Shown: positions 18,801 through 27,996, numbered from the stretch's first letter. The stretch: 64,000 nt of DNA from Bacteroidales bacterium (GCA_041737295.1 JBGSSA010000163.1:6898-70897), one strand, 5' to 3'. The notes: a model not told the origin generated them from the letters alone. Numbers and translations: made by a program.

Positions 18801-20057
18801 GTGACGCTGCAATTCCAGGTAAAAATCGGAACCAAAAATCTCAACATACTCTGCCAGTGCCTTCATGGCTGATTCCAGGCCCTCATGACGAAGCAGCCAG
18901 GGGATCTCCCCGTGCAGACAGGCAGACGAAGCAATCAACCCCTTGCTGTACTGGCGGAGCAATTCCTTATCTATGCGGGGTTTGTAGTAAAACCCTTCTG
19001 TCCACCCATAGGAAACCAGTTTGATCAGGTTTTTATATCCTGCCTTATCTTTAGCCAGCAGGATCAGGTGAAAACCACCGCCGTCCTGTTTATCCGATTT
19101 TTCATGCCGGGTGCGCCGGGCGACATAAACCTCGCATCCCAGGATAGCTTTAATTCCCTGTTTCTTTGCTTCATTCAGAAATTCCTTGGCACCGAACATA
19201 TTGCCATGATCGGTGATAGCTACCGCCTTCATGTGGTCGTTCTTCGCCTTGGCGATCAAATGCTTTATCACAGCGGCTCCATCAAGGATTGAGTACTGGG
19301 TATGTAAATGAAGATGGGTAAATACAATATTTTGTAAATCAACGGCTGTATCTGCAACCGATTGCAATTCTTCACGGATTTCCCGGCGGTTTGCCTGTAT
19401 GGCAATCCCGATCTTCGCGATGGTGGTAGGGTTAGCTTCGAGAAATGCATTGAAAACAGCCCGGTCAAGCTTCATCCGTGAAGTGATGATATCCAGCCTG
19501 AGCAATTCAAGAAAACAACGGGCCGTGGCAGCCACGTCGGCAGCAGCATTATGAGCTTCAGTGAATCCTTCCTGGAATAGCCTATAATAGAGTTCCTCCA
19601 GGGAAGGCCATTTAAATTTTCCGCCCCTTCCTCCCGGCAATGCACAAAACTCGGTTGATTCTTCCTTGGTACACAGGGTAACCATGCCCGCCAGCCGCGA
19701 TTGAAATCCCTTGCGAACATATTCCGCCTTAATGATGCTGAGGTCGAATTCAACATTATGACCGATCACAAAAGAAGAACGACTGAGGCTTTTTTCAAAT
19801 TCCTCCAGTACGAATAACAGGTCAACTCCCTCGGTCAGCGCTTTTTCCGTTGTAATGCCATGCACCTTTTCCGCAGCAAATGGAATTGTATATCCCTCGG
19901 GTTTAATGATATAGGATTGGGCTTCGGTTAACTGCCCTGAAGCATCATGACATTCCCAGGCCAGCTGAACCATGCGGGGCCAATTATTCGTATCCGTGGG
20001 CGGCGCATTATAATTGGCCGGCAAGCCTGTGGTCTCCGTGTCAAAAATCAAATACAT
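15846..20057 (-). CDS. dnaE: DNA polymerase III alpha subunit with N-terminal DEDDh 3'-5' exonuclease
   Basis: FDTETTG/GHNVEFD/AHNAAAD exonuclease; HLHLHTQYSILDG PHP; GPGRGSAAGS, MPDIDIDF, YAFNKSHS. Confidence 0.97.
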   Translation of the reverse strand: MYLIFDTETTGLPANYNAPPTDTNNWPRMVQLAWECHDASGQLTEAQSYIIKPEGYTIPFAAEKVHGITTEKALTEGVDLLFVLEEFEKSLSRSSFVIGHNVEFDLSIIKAEYVRKGFQSRLAGMVTLCTKEESTEFCALPGGRGGKFKWPSLEELYYRLFQEGFTEAHNAAADVAATARCFLELLRLDIITSRMKLDRAVFNAFLEANPTTIAKIGIAIQANRREIREELQSVADTAVDLQNIVFTHLHLHTQYSILDGAAVIKHLIAKAKNDHMKAVAITDHGNMFGAKEFLNEAKKQGIKAILGCEVYVARRTRHEKSDKQDGGGFHLILLAKDKAGYKNLIKLVSYGWTEGFYYKPRIDKELLRQYSKGLIASSACLHGEIPWLLRHEGLESAMKALAEYVEIFGSDFYLELQRHYSGDARVDREVFENQVFVNKHLLEISASMGIKCIATNDVHFINEDDAAAHDRLLCISTGKDVDDPNRMRYTRQEWFKTQAEMKQLFADLPQAIANTQEVAGKIESYDLNSDPIMPDFPLPEEFTDANLYLRHLTYQGAEKRYPDINETVRDRIDFELETIRKMGFPGYFLIVWDVIRAAREMDVAVGPGRGSAAGSVVAFCLRITDIDPIKYDLLFERFLNPDRISMPDIDIDFDEDGRERVLQYVVKKFGRNRVAHVITFGTMAPRMAIRDVARVQKLPLQEADRLAKMVPETPGTSFKDVYEKVPALLAEKMSDNELIASTLKYAEVLEGSVRQTGVHACGIIIGKDSLEEYIPICRNKDADLNVTQFEGSHIESVGMLKMDFLGLKTLSIIKDTLENIQTSHQITIDMENIPLDDPMTYELYSRGETTGLFQFESDGMKKHLKALKPNRFEDLIAMNALYRPGPMEYIPSYINRKHGKEEIRYDIPEMEVYLKDTYGITVYQEQVMLLSQLLAGFTKGMADSLRKAMGKKIVSMMNELQVKFEEGCVRKGHDPKIAQKIWKDWESFAHYAFNKSHSTCYALISYHTAYLKAHYPAEFMAAVLSRNLNDLKKIGFFMDECRRMGSQVLVPDINESFARFTVNKQGLIRFGLAAIKGVGESAVEHIIDVRKKGGPFRDIFDVVERVNLSTVNKRCLEALALAGGFDSFRDMQRHQFFETEDGGLGFIEQLIRYGNRMQSQSDATPTLFGTVNSIDVIKPRPGRTPEWPALLKLNKEKEVIGIYLSSHPLDQFKLEINQFCTNSLADLRDLEPLRNKEISIAGMITTVRHATTKTGKPFGSFSLEDYSDTFSITLFSKDYENFRKYLYEGYSLLIKGVVGENSWKNQPELEFKIKTIYLLSSVREELVKNIQIKMPLDAITDEFLEGFEGYVQQGGGSANLKILVYDPAENVSIDLFCRSQRVVLSDELISFLTQTSEMEFKLF

Positions 20058-20061
20058 CCTG

Positions 20062-20069
20062 CAAAAGTA
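20062..20069 (-). promoter_or_regulatory. Bacteroidota -7 element 4 nt before the dnaE ATG
   Basis: TACTTTTG-CAGG-ATG on minus strand. Confidence 0.55.
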
Positions 20070-20146
20070 CGGCAGATTGGGTCAAAAAATGAGCCCTGTT
20101 GATAAAATTGGATAAGTCGGTGCCCCCTGAAAATCAGGATACAGGA

Positions 20147-20911
20147 TCAACTGTGACTTGCATCCACGTGTTTTTCACCCCCCGGATGGGTTGCATCCGC
20201 CGGATGTAATTTCCGTTTCATCCGGATATTGATCATTTCTACAAGCAGTGAAAAGAATACTGCAAAATAAATATATCCTTTTGGAACATGATAATGCACC
20301 CCGTCAATGATCAGCATAAACCCGATTAAAATCAGAAAGGAAAGGGCAAGAATCTGAAGAGTGGGATGGTTATTGATAAATTTGCTCACTGCACCGGCAA
20401 ATACCATCATCACGCCTATGGCAATCACGATGGCAATAATCATTAACAAAACCTGGTCTGACAGCCCTATGGCTGTCAGTATAGAATCAAATGAAAAAAT
20501 AAGGTCAAGCAACACTATCTGCGTAAGTACCGAAGCCACTGTATTCCTGCCTTTTACATGGGGTTTGTTATCTCCTACTCCTTCCATCTTATGATGAATC
20601 TCCGATATGCTCTTTATCAGGAGAAACAGCCCGCCGGCAATCAAAATCAGGTCCCTCACCGAAATACCCAGGCTGAAAACCGTAAATAACGGATTTGTAA
20701 GCCTGATAAAAAAACTGATTGTAAGCAGCAAAAGGCTCCTGAATAACATGGCCAGGAAAAGTCCTATATTTCTAACCATGCGCCTGCTTTCAACCGGCAA
20801 CTTATTGGTAACTATAGAGATGAAAATAATGTTGTCGATACCCAATACTATTTCAAGAAACGTCAGGGTCAACAGGGCAATCCAGCTTTCCGGCTGGAGG
20901 AAAATTTCCAT
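20147..20911 (-). CDS. TerC-family membrane protein
   Basis: LEIVLGIDNIIFI, DLIFSFDSILTAIG, PKGYIYFA. Confidence 0.92.
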   Translation of the reverse strand: MEIFLQPESWIALLTLTFLEIVLGIDNIIFISIVTNKLPVESRRMVRNIGLFLAMLFRSLLLLTISFFIRLTNPLFTVFSLGISVRDLILIAGGLFLLIKSISEIHHKMEGVGDNKPHVKGRNTVASVLTQIVLLDLIFSFDSILTAIGLSDQVLLMIIAIVIAIGVMMVFAGAVSKFINNHPTLQILALSFLILIGFMLIIDGVHYHVPKGYIYFAVFFSLLVEMINIRMKRKLHPADATHPGGEKHVDASHS

Positions 20912-20933
20912 GTAATAAAGAATTCAGGTTTTC

Positions 20934-21488
20934 TTATAGTGCCTTGGATCCGTTTTTCAGCAAAAGCTGCTCGATCTGTTCCCGGAACATTTGTTTAGTT
21001 GCATCCGGTGTATTTGCTATTCCCGATGATATCGTCGGATTTCCTTCCAAGGGACAAAAAAGGAAAGTTGGGATACTCTGAACATTAAACAGGGAGGCCA
21101 GTTCACGTTCCTTATCAATATCCACCTTATATATGTTTATTTTGCCGGCATATTCTTTCGATAATTCTTCCAGAATGGGTGATGTGATCCGACAGGGTGC
21201 GCACCAGTCGGCGTAAAAATCAACCAGACAGGGCTTTTGACCTGCAAATATCCAGGTTTCGGGATTTGTCTTGTAATCCATTACCAATTTTGCAAATTCC
21301 TCTTTATTGATATGCACCGGAAGTGTACCGGAAGTGATTGCAGCTTTTTCTACCGCAGGACTCTTTTCTTTTGAACCGCTATTTTTATCCGATTGCCCGT
21401 TACAACCAATCACCAGGGCAAATAACAACCCCATCACCAGAAAACTGCTTTTTTTCATAATATATGATTTAGACGTAAAATTAAACAA
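20934..21488 (-). CDS. Exported (probable lipoprotein) thioredoxin-family protein
   Basis: Signal with LVIG-C; VDFYADWCAPC; start may be the downstream MKKSS. Confidence 0.85.
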   Translation of the reverse strand: MFNFTSKSYIMKKSSFLVMGLLFALVIGCNGQSDKNSGSKEKSPAVEKAAITSGTLPVHINKEEFAKLVMDYKTNPETWIFAGQKPCLVDFYADWCAPCRITSPILEELSKEYAGKINIYKVDIDKERELASLFNVQSIPTFLFCPLEGNPTISSGIANTPDATKQMFREQIEQLLLKNGSKAL

Positions 21489-21567
21489 ATATTAAAATAA
21501 TAGAGTTCATATTTTATCATATGTACTTATTTCCATATGTTAATACAATTATTGTGCCGGGAAATAA

Positions 21568-21734
21568 AGTTTTGCAGTTTTGCAGTCTGAACTGTTCTGC
21601 AGTTCTGCAGTTCTGCGGTTCTGCACCCTAGAAGTCTAGAAGCCTAGAAGCCTAGAAGTCATGCAGTCGTGCAGTCATGCAGTCTAAAACTGTTCTGCGG
21701 TTCTGCACCCTAGAAGTCTAGAAGCCCAGAAGCC
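21568..21734. repeat. Mosaic of octamer tandem repeats with an internal duplicated block
   Basis: AGTTTTGC, AGTTCTGC, TAGAAG(T/C)C and AGTC(A/G)TGC units; block actgttctgc..ggttctgcaccctagaagtctagaagcc occurs twice. Confidence 0.9.
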
Positions 21735-21761
21735 ACTTTTTTATCTCTCAACTTTTCACTG

Positions 21762-21791
21762 CTTGTCCCTTGTCACTCGTCACTCGTCACT
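21762..21791 (-). repeat. Heptamer repeat G(T/G)GAC(G/A)A overlapping the stop codon of the AlbA_2 gene
   Basis: Minus strand gtgacgagtgacgagtgacaagggacaag encodes V-T-S-D-E-stop. Confidence 0.85.
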
Positions 21792-22429
21792 TTAAATAAA
21801 ACCCCCTTCTCTGTTATCTCCATCCGGATCACGTTCAGCAGCATCAGGTTGATCAGGATCTTCTCAGCATCGGCCTTTCCGATGCGTGCAATTTTTGTGA
21901 ATTTCGACAGGGAGATTTTTTCATTTTCTTTAAGGTAGGTCATCAGTATTTTCTCTTCCTGCCCGTAATTCAATAGTACCCCCTTTTGTTTTCCCTGGCT
22001 CTGCCAAAACCCGACAATAATGCCGGCTGCCTGAATGTTCTGATCTCCCACTCTTACATATGCAATCCATTCCCCGGCATCATTCGGGGCAAAATGGGGT
22101 TTTGCCTGGCTGGCAGGAATTTCAATCTCAAGCACGCAGCGGCCGTCTACAACCCATTTCCTGATATGATAATCAACGGCAGGTTTACAGTACAGGTGAG
22201 CCGACGATTCGGCCATATATATTTCTTCTTCCGACCGGATCCCGGTGATCCTCCCGTTATCTTTTACCCCGATGAGCAGTTTTCCTCCATCTGTATTGGC
22301 AAATGCAGAAAACGTACGTGCCATTTTTTTGGCGTCACTGATTTCGAATTTAAAATCCAGACGCTGGTTTTCACCTAACTGGATAAGGGCGTTGAGATAT
22401 TGACCCGCTTTTTGCGAATCGGTCTTCAT
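21773..22429 (-). CDS. AlbA_2/Schlafen-like domain protein with C-terminal helix-turn-helix-like region
   Basis: GENQRLDFK, AFANTDGGKLLIGVKDNG, AYVRVGDQ; ATG 22429 preferred over 22519. Confidence 0.85.
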   Translation of the reverse strand: MKTDSQKAGQYLNALIQLGENQRLDFKFEISDAKKMARTFSAFANTDGGKLLIGVKDNGRITGIRSEEEIYMAESSAHLYCKPAVDYHIRKWVVDGRCVLEIEIPASQAKPHFAPNDAGEWIAYVRVGDQNIQAAGIIVGFWQSQGKQKGVLLNYGQEEKILMTYLKENEKISLSKFTKIARIGKADAEKILINLMLLNVIRMEITEKGVLFKVTSDE

Positions 22430-22567
22430 GGGTTCAAGGTTAGCCGTTTTGGGATTCCGTGGCAAAAATAAGGTATTTGTCTTAAAAAAATCGGCCTCTT
22501 TGAATCCATCCTGCCTCAAAATGCGTATGAACCTATGCGGACATAAGAATTATAAAATCAGAAAATT

Positions 22568-24301
22568 ATGAGAAACGGGCAGATTCGAATTTGCAGGATA
22601 TCAGGGTTTATCTTCCTGCTTGTATTGGCAGGGATCCTTTATCCGATGAACCTTTCTGCGAACAACCCCCAGCAGCAGACTGACAAAGTGTCAATATTCA
22701 GGGACCATCTTAAAAAAGGCGACGCTTTTCTGGCAGAAAAGAATTATGCCGCCGCCATGCTTGAATATGAAAAGGCATCTGACATCATGCCTGATGAAGA
22801 GCAGCCTAAACTCAAAATGCAAAGTATTGAGGCAACGCTGGGTATCGAGGAACTTGCAGAGGTGCAACGAAAAGTTAAACAGGCGAAAAAACTTGAAAAG
22901 GAGCAGCTTGAAAAAAGTAAGGCTGGTACCACCCCTGCGACTGTCAGGCAGCAGCCCGAAGTGAAGGAATTCATCAGGGAACGCGATCAGCAATCAAAAC
23001 GCGACAGCCTCAGGAAGGTGATTTTTAATACCTATTCTGAAGAGCTTAAGATTGCAGAAAAGGGATCGGACATGATGGCCCGCGCAACCGTTTACCATAA
23101 GATCGCCAATGCATTCAGAAAAGTAAATGATGAAGAAATCGCCATAAATTATTTACAGAAGGCACTCGAGATCGAAGAAAAATACGGGGTATCAAAAAAC
23201 GTTTCTGTTGTACATGAAGAAATGGCCGATGCATACTATTCTTCAGGCAATTTTCAAAATTCTATATCAAGCTATGAAAAGTCGCTTGCCCTGAAGGAAA
23301 AGTCAGGTGACAAAGCCGGCGCATCAAAGGTACTGTCCAATATTGCCAATGTTTATGAAACCACGTATGATTATAAGCAGGCCATCGACTATTACCAGGA
23401 ATCGGCCAAGCTGAAAGACAGCATTAAGGATGAATCCGGACTGAAGGATGTGATGAATGACCTTGGTGACGTATACTATAAACAAAAAATTCTTACGAGT
23501 TCCATTCTCTCCTATGAGAAAACCGTAGGCATCATCCAGAAACTGAACATGAAGCAGGCACTTGGCCCGGTTTACAATAAGCTCGGGGTAGCTCATTATG
23601 AAATGGGAAATTATGCCGATGCTGAAAAGTTTTTTAAGGAATCCCTCAAAAACCTGAATGAAAACGGAAACCGGAAAGAAGCATCCATGGCGCTGAACAA
23701 CCTGGGTAACCTGCTTTTCATAAACAACAAATACGGTGATGCCATTTCCTATTATGAACGTTCCCTTTCTTCAAAGAAATCCGAGAATTATTCATTCGGG
23801 GTAGCGGTGACGATGTACAACCTGGGAAATGCATACAGGAGATCCGGGGACCAGGAAATGGCCATCAGGAATTACGAAGCCTGTAAACGAATTGCCGACA
23901 GTCTGAATATTCCCTCCTTGTCAGCCAAAAGTTGCAAGGCATTGTCGGTGTCATATGAGGCTTTCCGCAATTTTGATAAAGCGGCAGAGCTTGAAGAGGA
24001 ACTGGCAGCAATGAATCAGCCATCGGTAAGCATTGAAATCCCTGTTTCAGAAAACGAAATGGACCTTGAGCATAAAAAGACCCAGGAAATTCTTTCAAAG
24101 CTGAATGAAGAGGCATTAAAAAGAAAAGACCTTGTAGAATCCGGTGCTGACAAGAAAATGACCGACATGTATATCAATAATCTGAATGGCCGGTTCCTGA
24201 AAGAGCAGAATAAAAGTAAAATGCTGGTTATTGTCGCCGGATCGCTTGGCCTATTGCTGATCGTAACCCTGATCCTATCCAGAAGAAAAAAGAAGAAATA
24301 A
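22568..24301 (+). CDS. Exported tetratricopeptide-repeat protein with C-terminal membrane anchor
   Basis: N-terminal signal; repeated NxG/A..Y...G.Y..A..YY..SL units; C-terminal TM followed by RRKKKK. Confidence 0.85.
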   Translation: MRNGQIRICRISGFIFLLVLAGILYPMNLSANNPQQQTDKVSIFRDHLKKGDAFLAEKNYAAAMLEYEKASDIMPDEEQPKLKMQSIEATLGIEELAEVQRKVKQAKKLEKEQLEKSKAGTTPATVRQQPEVKEFIRERDQQSKRDSLRKVIFNTYSEELKIAEKGSDMMARATVYHKIANAFRKVNDEEIAINYLQKALEIEEKYGVSKNVSVVHEEMADAYYSSGNFQNSISSYEKSLALKEKSGDKAGASKVLSNIANVYETTYDYKQAIDYYQESAKLKDSIKDESGLKDVMNDLGDVYYKQKILTSSILSYEKTVGIIQKLNMKQALGPVYNKLGVAHYEMGNYADAEKFFKESLKNLNENGNRKEASMALNNLGNLLFINNKYGDAISYYERSLSSKKSENYSFGVAVTMYNLGNAYRRSGDQEMAIRNYEACKRIADSLNIPSLSAKSCKALSVSYEAFRNFDKAAELEEELAAMNQPSVSIEIPVSENEMDLEHKKTQEILSKLNEEALKRKDLVESGADKKMTDMYINNLNGRFLKEQNKSKMLVIVAGSLGLLLIVTLILSRRKKKK

Positions 24302-24320
24302 AAAACCCGCACAGGGATTG

Positions 24321-24394
24321 TGGAGAATAGGGGAGTCGAACCCCTGACCTATTGCATGCCATGCAATCGCTCTAGCCAACTGAGCTAATTCCCC
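24321..24394 (-). tRNA. tRNA-Ala(GGC), CCA not encoded
   Basis: GGGGAAT..ATTCTCCA acceptor with G3:U70; anticodon arm ATTGC-ATGGCAT-GCAAT; T-loop TTCGACT. Confidence 0.96.
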
Positions 24395-24456
24395 GGGTAA
24401 TAACCGGTGCGGGTGGTTGTCCGCCTGCAACTGGGCTGTGGCGGATGACAACGAAG

Positions 24457-24464
24457 CAAAAGTA
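24457..24464 (-). promoter_or_regulatory. Bacteroidota -7 element for tRNA-Ala
   Basis: TACTTTTG on minus strand about 60 nt upstream of the tRNA. Confidence 0.6.
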
Positions 24465-24537
24465 TAACTTTTTTTGTATTTTCATGTATAACTTCAAAAA
24501 CTGCTTTATGAATTTTCATTTTCCAATATCACATACG

Positions 24538-25710
24538 ATGAAATTTACGCAATTCCTCTTGGTCGGGCTCCTGCTTGTAACGAGCTGTTCATCCCCTGAA
24601 AAACTCCTGCAAAAGGGAAACTATGATGCCCTGATTGAAAAATCAGTCAAAAATCTGATCAAAAAACCGGATAGCGAGGAAGATGCCAATATGCTCGATA
24701 AAGCGTATAAGCTGGCCAATGACAGGGATCTGGAACGTGTCAGGTACCTTAAGATGGAGGGGAATCAGAATACCTGGGATGAGATGCTCGGTTTATACAG
24801 CAGTCTGAAAAACAGGCAGGCTTCAGTCAGGCGTGTGCTTCCTCTTCATATCGGCGGCCGCACCATTCAGTATGAATATGTGGATTATGATGCTGAAATG
24901 GTAGCCGCTAAGAAAAAGGCAGCGGACTATTATTATAATCACGGTAAAAAACTGATGGAAGGAAAAACAAAGGATTCCTACAGGCAGGCCAATTATGAGC
25001 TGAGAAAGGCACGGGATTACTCGGGTGATTCATATTTCGATCTGGCCCAGTTAATCAGCCAGACCCGTGAAATGGGAATCAGCAGGGTTCTGGTCAGCTC
25101 GATGAATAAGACAATCCTCAACCTTCCGGCTGATTTTATGGATGGCCTGGTAGCGGTAAACGCGAACGAACTGAACAGTGAATGGGTTGAATACTATACC
25201 CGAAAAATGGACAAGGAACCGAATTATGATTACTATATTGATATCATTCTCCAAAACATAGAGGTTTCACCCGATGTAGTTCAGGATAAGGATGCTATCG
25301 AAAAGAAAACTGTCGACAATGGTTTTGAATACGTACTCGACAGCAAGGGCAATGTAATGAGGGATACTGCAGGAAATGACATAAAAATTAAGAAATACAA
25401 GGAAATACAATGCACCCTGATCGAAACACACCAGCTAAAGGACTGCATTATTAAGGGAGAAATAGAGTTTTCCTCTGCCAATCCGCAGGCTCTTATCAAA
25501 AAACAACCCATTGGCGCCAACATGCATTTTGAACATGTGTCTGCACGGGCTGTGGGAGATGTTAATGCCTTGTCCCCTGAAAAGAGACAGCTTATCGAAA
25601 TGAAACCTATCCCATTCCCGGATGATATTCGCATGGTTGTAGACTGCACGGAAGCATTGAAAAAGGCAATTAATGAAGCCATTCAATATAACCGCGGTAT
25701 ATTGCAATAA
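24538..25710 (+). CDS. Hypothetical lipoprotein
   Basis: MKFTQFLLVGLLLVTS-C lipobox at ATG 24538; long helical ORF. Confidence 0.75.
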   Translation: MKFTQFLLVGLLLVTSCSSPEKLLQKGNYDALIEKSVKNLIKKPDSEEDANMLDKAYKLANDRDLERVRYLKMEGNQNTWDEMLGLYSSLKNRQASVRRVLPLHIGGRTIQYEYVDYDAEMVAAKKKAADYYYNHGKKLMEGKTKDSYRQANYELRKARDYSGDSYFDLAQLISQTREMGISRVLVSSMNKTILNLPADFMDGLVAVNANELNSEWVEYYTRKMDKEPNYDYYIDIILQNIEVSPDVVQDKDAIEKKTVDNGFEYVLDSKGNVMRDTAGNDIKIKKYKEIQCTLIETHQLKDCIIKGEIEFSSANPQALIKKQPIGANMHFEHVSARAVGDVNALSPEKRQLIEMKPIPFPDDIRMVVDCTEALKKAINEAIQYNRGILQ

Positions 25711-25727
25711 CCCAAACGGATTTTTGC

Positions 25728-25735
25728 TAATTTTG
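25728..25735 (+). promoter_or_regulatory. Bacteroidota -7 element for hflX
   Basis: TAATTTTG. Confidence 0.6.
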
Positions 25736-25759
25736 CGCCGTATTTATATTGAATTTTGA

Positions 25760-26950
25760 GTGAAGGGTTATCGAATGAGTACCGAGCCTGAAAAGGCTGT
25801 ATTAATAGGCGTAATAAACGATCACCAGGATATAAGGCTGGTGAACGACTATCTTGAAGAGCTTGCTTTTCTGGTTGAGACTGCCGGGGCAATTCCGGTT
25901 AAAAAATTCATTCAAAGGCTGGATTCTCCTAATGCACGCACTTATATTGGCAGTGGAAAACTGGAGGAGATCCATCAGTTTACAATCCAGGAGAAAATAG
26001 ATATCGTCATTTTTGATGACGAATTATCTCCCAGCCAGATGAGAAATATTGAAAAGGAGCTGGAAATCCGTGTACTTGACCGGACTAATCTTATCCTTGA
26101 TATCTTTGCACAGCGTGCAAAAACCGCCTACGCAAAAACTCAGGTTGAACTGGCGCAATATGAATACCTCCTTCCCCGGCTTGCCGGCATGTGGACACAC
26201 CTTGAAAGACAACAGGGAGGTATCGGAATGCGGGGTCCGGGTGAAACTGAAATTGAAACCGACCGGCGGATAATCCGCACAAAAATTGCCCTTTTAAAGG
26301 ATCAGCTGGAAAAGATTGACCGCCAGATGATCACACAGCGTAAAAACAGGGGAAAATTGGTAAGGGTTTCCCTCGTTGGCTATACCAATGTGGGAAAATC
26401 AACCCTGATGAACCAGCTTAGCAAGTCGGACCTGTTTGCCGAAAACAAATTGTTTGCCACTCTGGATGCTACCGTGCGAAAGGTTGTGATCGGAAACCTT
26501 CCTTTCCTGCTTTCTGATACAGTAGGCTTTATCCGTAAACTGCCCCATCATCTCGTGGAATCATTCAAATCCACGCTCGATGAGGTGCGTGAAGCCGATC
26601 TTCTTCTGCATGTGGTAGATATATCCCACCCGGGTTTTGAGGATCAGATCGGCATCGTAAACCAAACCCTCCAGGAAATCCATGCGGCCGATAAGCCTAC
26701 AATAGTTGTATTCAACAAGACAGATGCCTATTCCTTCATTCCCAGGGATGAGGATGACCTTAGTCCCCGCCAAAAGGAGAATCTGACCCTTGAGGAATTA
26801 AAAAACAGCTGGATGGCAAGAAATAATGCCCCTTCCATCTTTATTTCCGCCCTGAAAAAGCAAAATATAGATGGCCTGCGGGAATTGCTTTACGAAACCG
26901 TAAAGGAAATTCACATCACCCGGTACCCTTACGACAATTTTCTTTATTAG
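25760..26950 (+). CDS. hflX: Ribosome-splitting GTPase HflX
   Basis: RGPGETEIETDRR, GYTNVGKST, FATLD, DTVGF, NKTD. Confidence 0.97.
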   Translation: MKGYRMSTEPEKAVLIGVINDHQDIRLVNDYLEELAFLVETAGAIPVKKFIQRLDSPNARTYIGSGKLEEIHQFTIQEKIDIVIFDDELSPSQMRNIEKELEIRVLDRTNLILDIFAQRAKTAYAKTQVELAQYEYLLPRLAGMWTHLERQQGGIGMRGPGETEIETDRRIIRTKIALLKDQLEKIDRQMITQRKNRGKLVRVSLVGYTNVGKSTLMNQLSKSDLFAENKLFATLDATVRKVVIGNLPFLLSDTVGFIRKLPHHLVESFKSTLDEVREADLLLHVVDISHPGFEDQIGIVNQTLQEIHAADKPTIVVFNKTDAYSFIPRDEDDLSPRQKENLTLEELKNSWMARNNAPSIFISALKKQNIDGLRELLYETVKEIHITRYPYDNFLY

Positions 26951-27936
26951 ATCAGCTTTTCGCTGACAATGTATTCAGCGATCTGAACAGCATTTGTGGC
27001 AGCACCCTTGCGCAGGTTGTCCGAAACAATCCACATGTTCAGGGTGCGCGGCTGTGATTCATCCCGCCTGAGGCGACCCACAAATACCTCATCCCGGTCA
27101 TGTGATATGAGTGGCATGGGGTATGAATTATTTTTCGGGTCATCCATGACGATTACCCCAGGGGAATTTTCAAGGATCTTACGGACCTCAGCCAGGTCAA
27201 ATTCTTTCTCACACTCTACATTGACCGCTTCCGAATGGCCTCCTATAACCGGTATCCTTACTGTGGTGGCGGTTACCCCAATCGAATCATCGCCCATGAT
27301 CTTCCTGGTTTCGTTCACCATTTTCATTTCTTCTTTGGTATACCCGTTATCCAGGAAAACATCAATGTGGGGCAACGCATTCATATCGATCTGATGAGGA
27401 TACGCTTTTATCCCCTGTATCCCGCCTCTTTCTTCCATGAGCTGGTCATAGCCCTTTTTGCCGGAACCGGTAACGGACTGGTATGTAGAGACAACAATTC
27501 TTTTTATCCTGTAGGCCTTGTGAATACCAACCAGCGCAACAACCATCTGTATGGTAGAGCAGTTCGGATTGGCTATTATTTTATCTGCTTTTGTCAGGAC
27601 ATGTGCATTCACTTCCGGAACCACAAGTTTTATATGCGGATCCATTCGCCAGGCGGATGAATTATCCACCACGGTAGCGCCCGCTTCTGCGAATCTCGGA
27701 GCCCATGTTTTTGATGTCGCACCGCCGGCGGAAAAAATGGCAATCTGTGGCTTTCTGTCAATGGCTGTCTGCATTCCAACCACTTCATATTCCTTCCCTT
27801 TGAAAGAAACCTTTTTACCAACGGATTTTTCTGATGCGACCGGGATAAATTCCGTCACATTGAAATTCCGCTCTTCGAGCACTTTGATCATCTTTGATCC
27901 TACCAGTCCTGTAGCGCCAACAACTGCAACTTTCAT
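26947..27936 (-). CDS. asd: Aspartate-semialdehyde dehydrogenase
   Basis: GATGLVG, DNSSAWRM, ANPNCSTIQ, GHSE, DNLRKGAATN. Confidence 0.97.
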   Translation of the reverse strand: MKVAVVGATGLVGSKMIKVLEERNFNVTEFIPVASEKSVGKKVSFKGKEYEVVGMQTAIDRKPQIAIFSAGGATSKTWAPRFAEAGATVVDNSSAWRMDPHIKLVVPEVNAHVLTKADKIIANPNCSTIQMVVALVGIHKAYRIKRIVVSTYQSVTGSGKKGYDQLMEERGGIQGIKAYPHQIDMNALPHIDVFLDNGYTKEEMKMVNETRKIMGDDSIGVTATTVRIPVIGGHSEAVNVECEKEFDLAEVRKILENSPGVIVMDDPKNNSYPMPLISHDRDEVFVGRLRRDESQPRTLNMWIVSDNLRKGAATNAVQIAEYIVSEKLI

Positions 27937-27976
27937 CGGGTTAAACTATTAAGGTTACTCACTCTATTTTATAAGA

Positions 27977-27996
27977 AAATCCCCTGATGGGGATTT
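27977..27996. terminator. GC-stem hairpin in the asd 5' region with T-rich tails on both strands
   Basis: AAATCCCC-TGAT-GGGGATTT. Confidence 0.5.

Noticed and set aside
17617-18801. Long plus-strand ORFs inside dnaE
   Set aside because: Antisense shadows of a conserved gene.
15846-20057. Intein in the long DnaE
   Set aside because: The extra length is explained by the N-terminal exonuclease; no intein splice motifs or LAGLIDADG seen.
21568-21791. CRISPR array
   Set aside because: Units are 7-8 nt tandem repeats with no unique spacers, and there are no cas genes.
21773-22429. Schlafen/AlbA anti-phage system
   Set aside because: A lone small gene in housekeeping context with no partner ATPase or other defence genes; cannot be supported from sequence.
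24321-24394. tRNA-targeted genomic island
   Set aside because: No integrase nearby and no duplicated tRNA 3' end noticed in the window.
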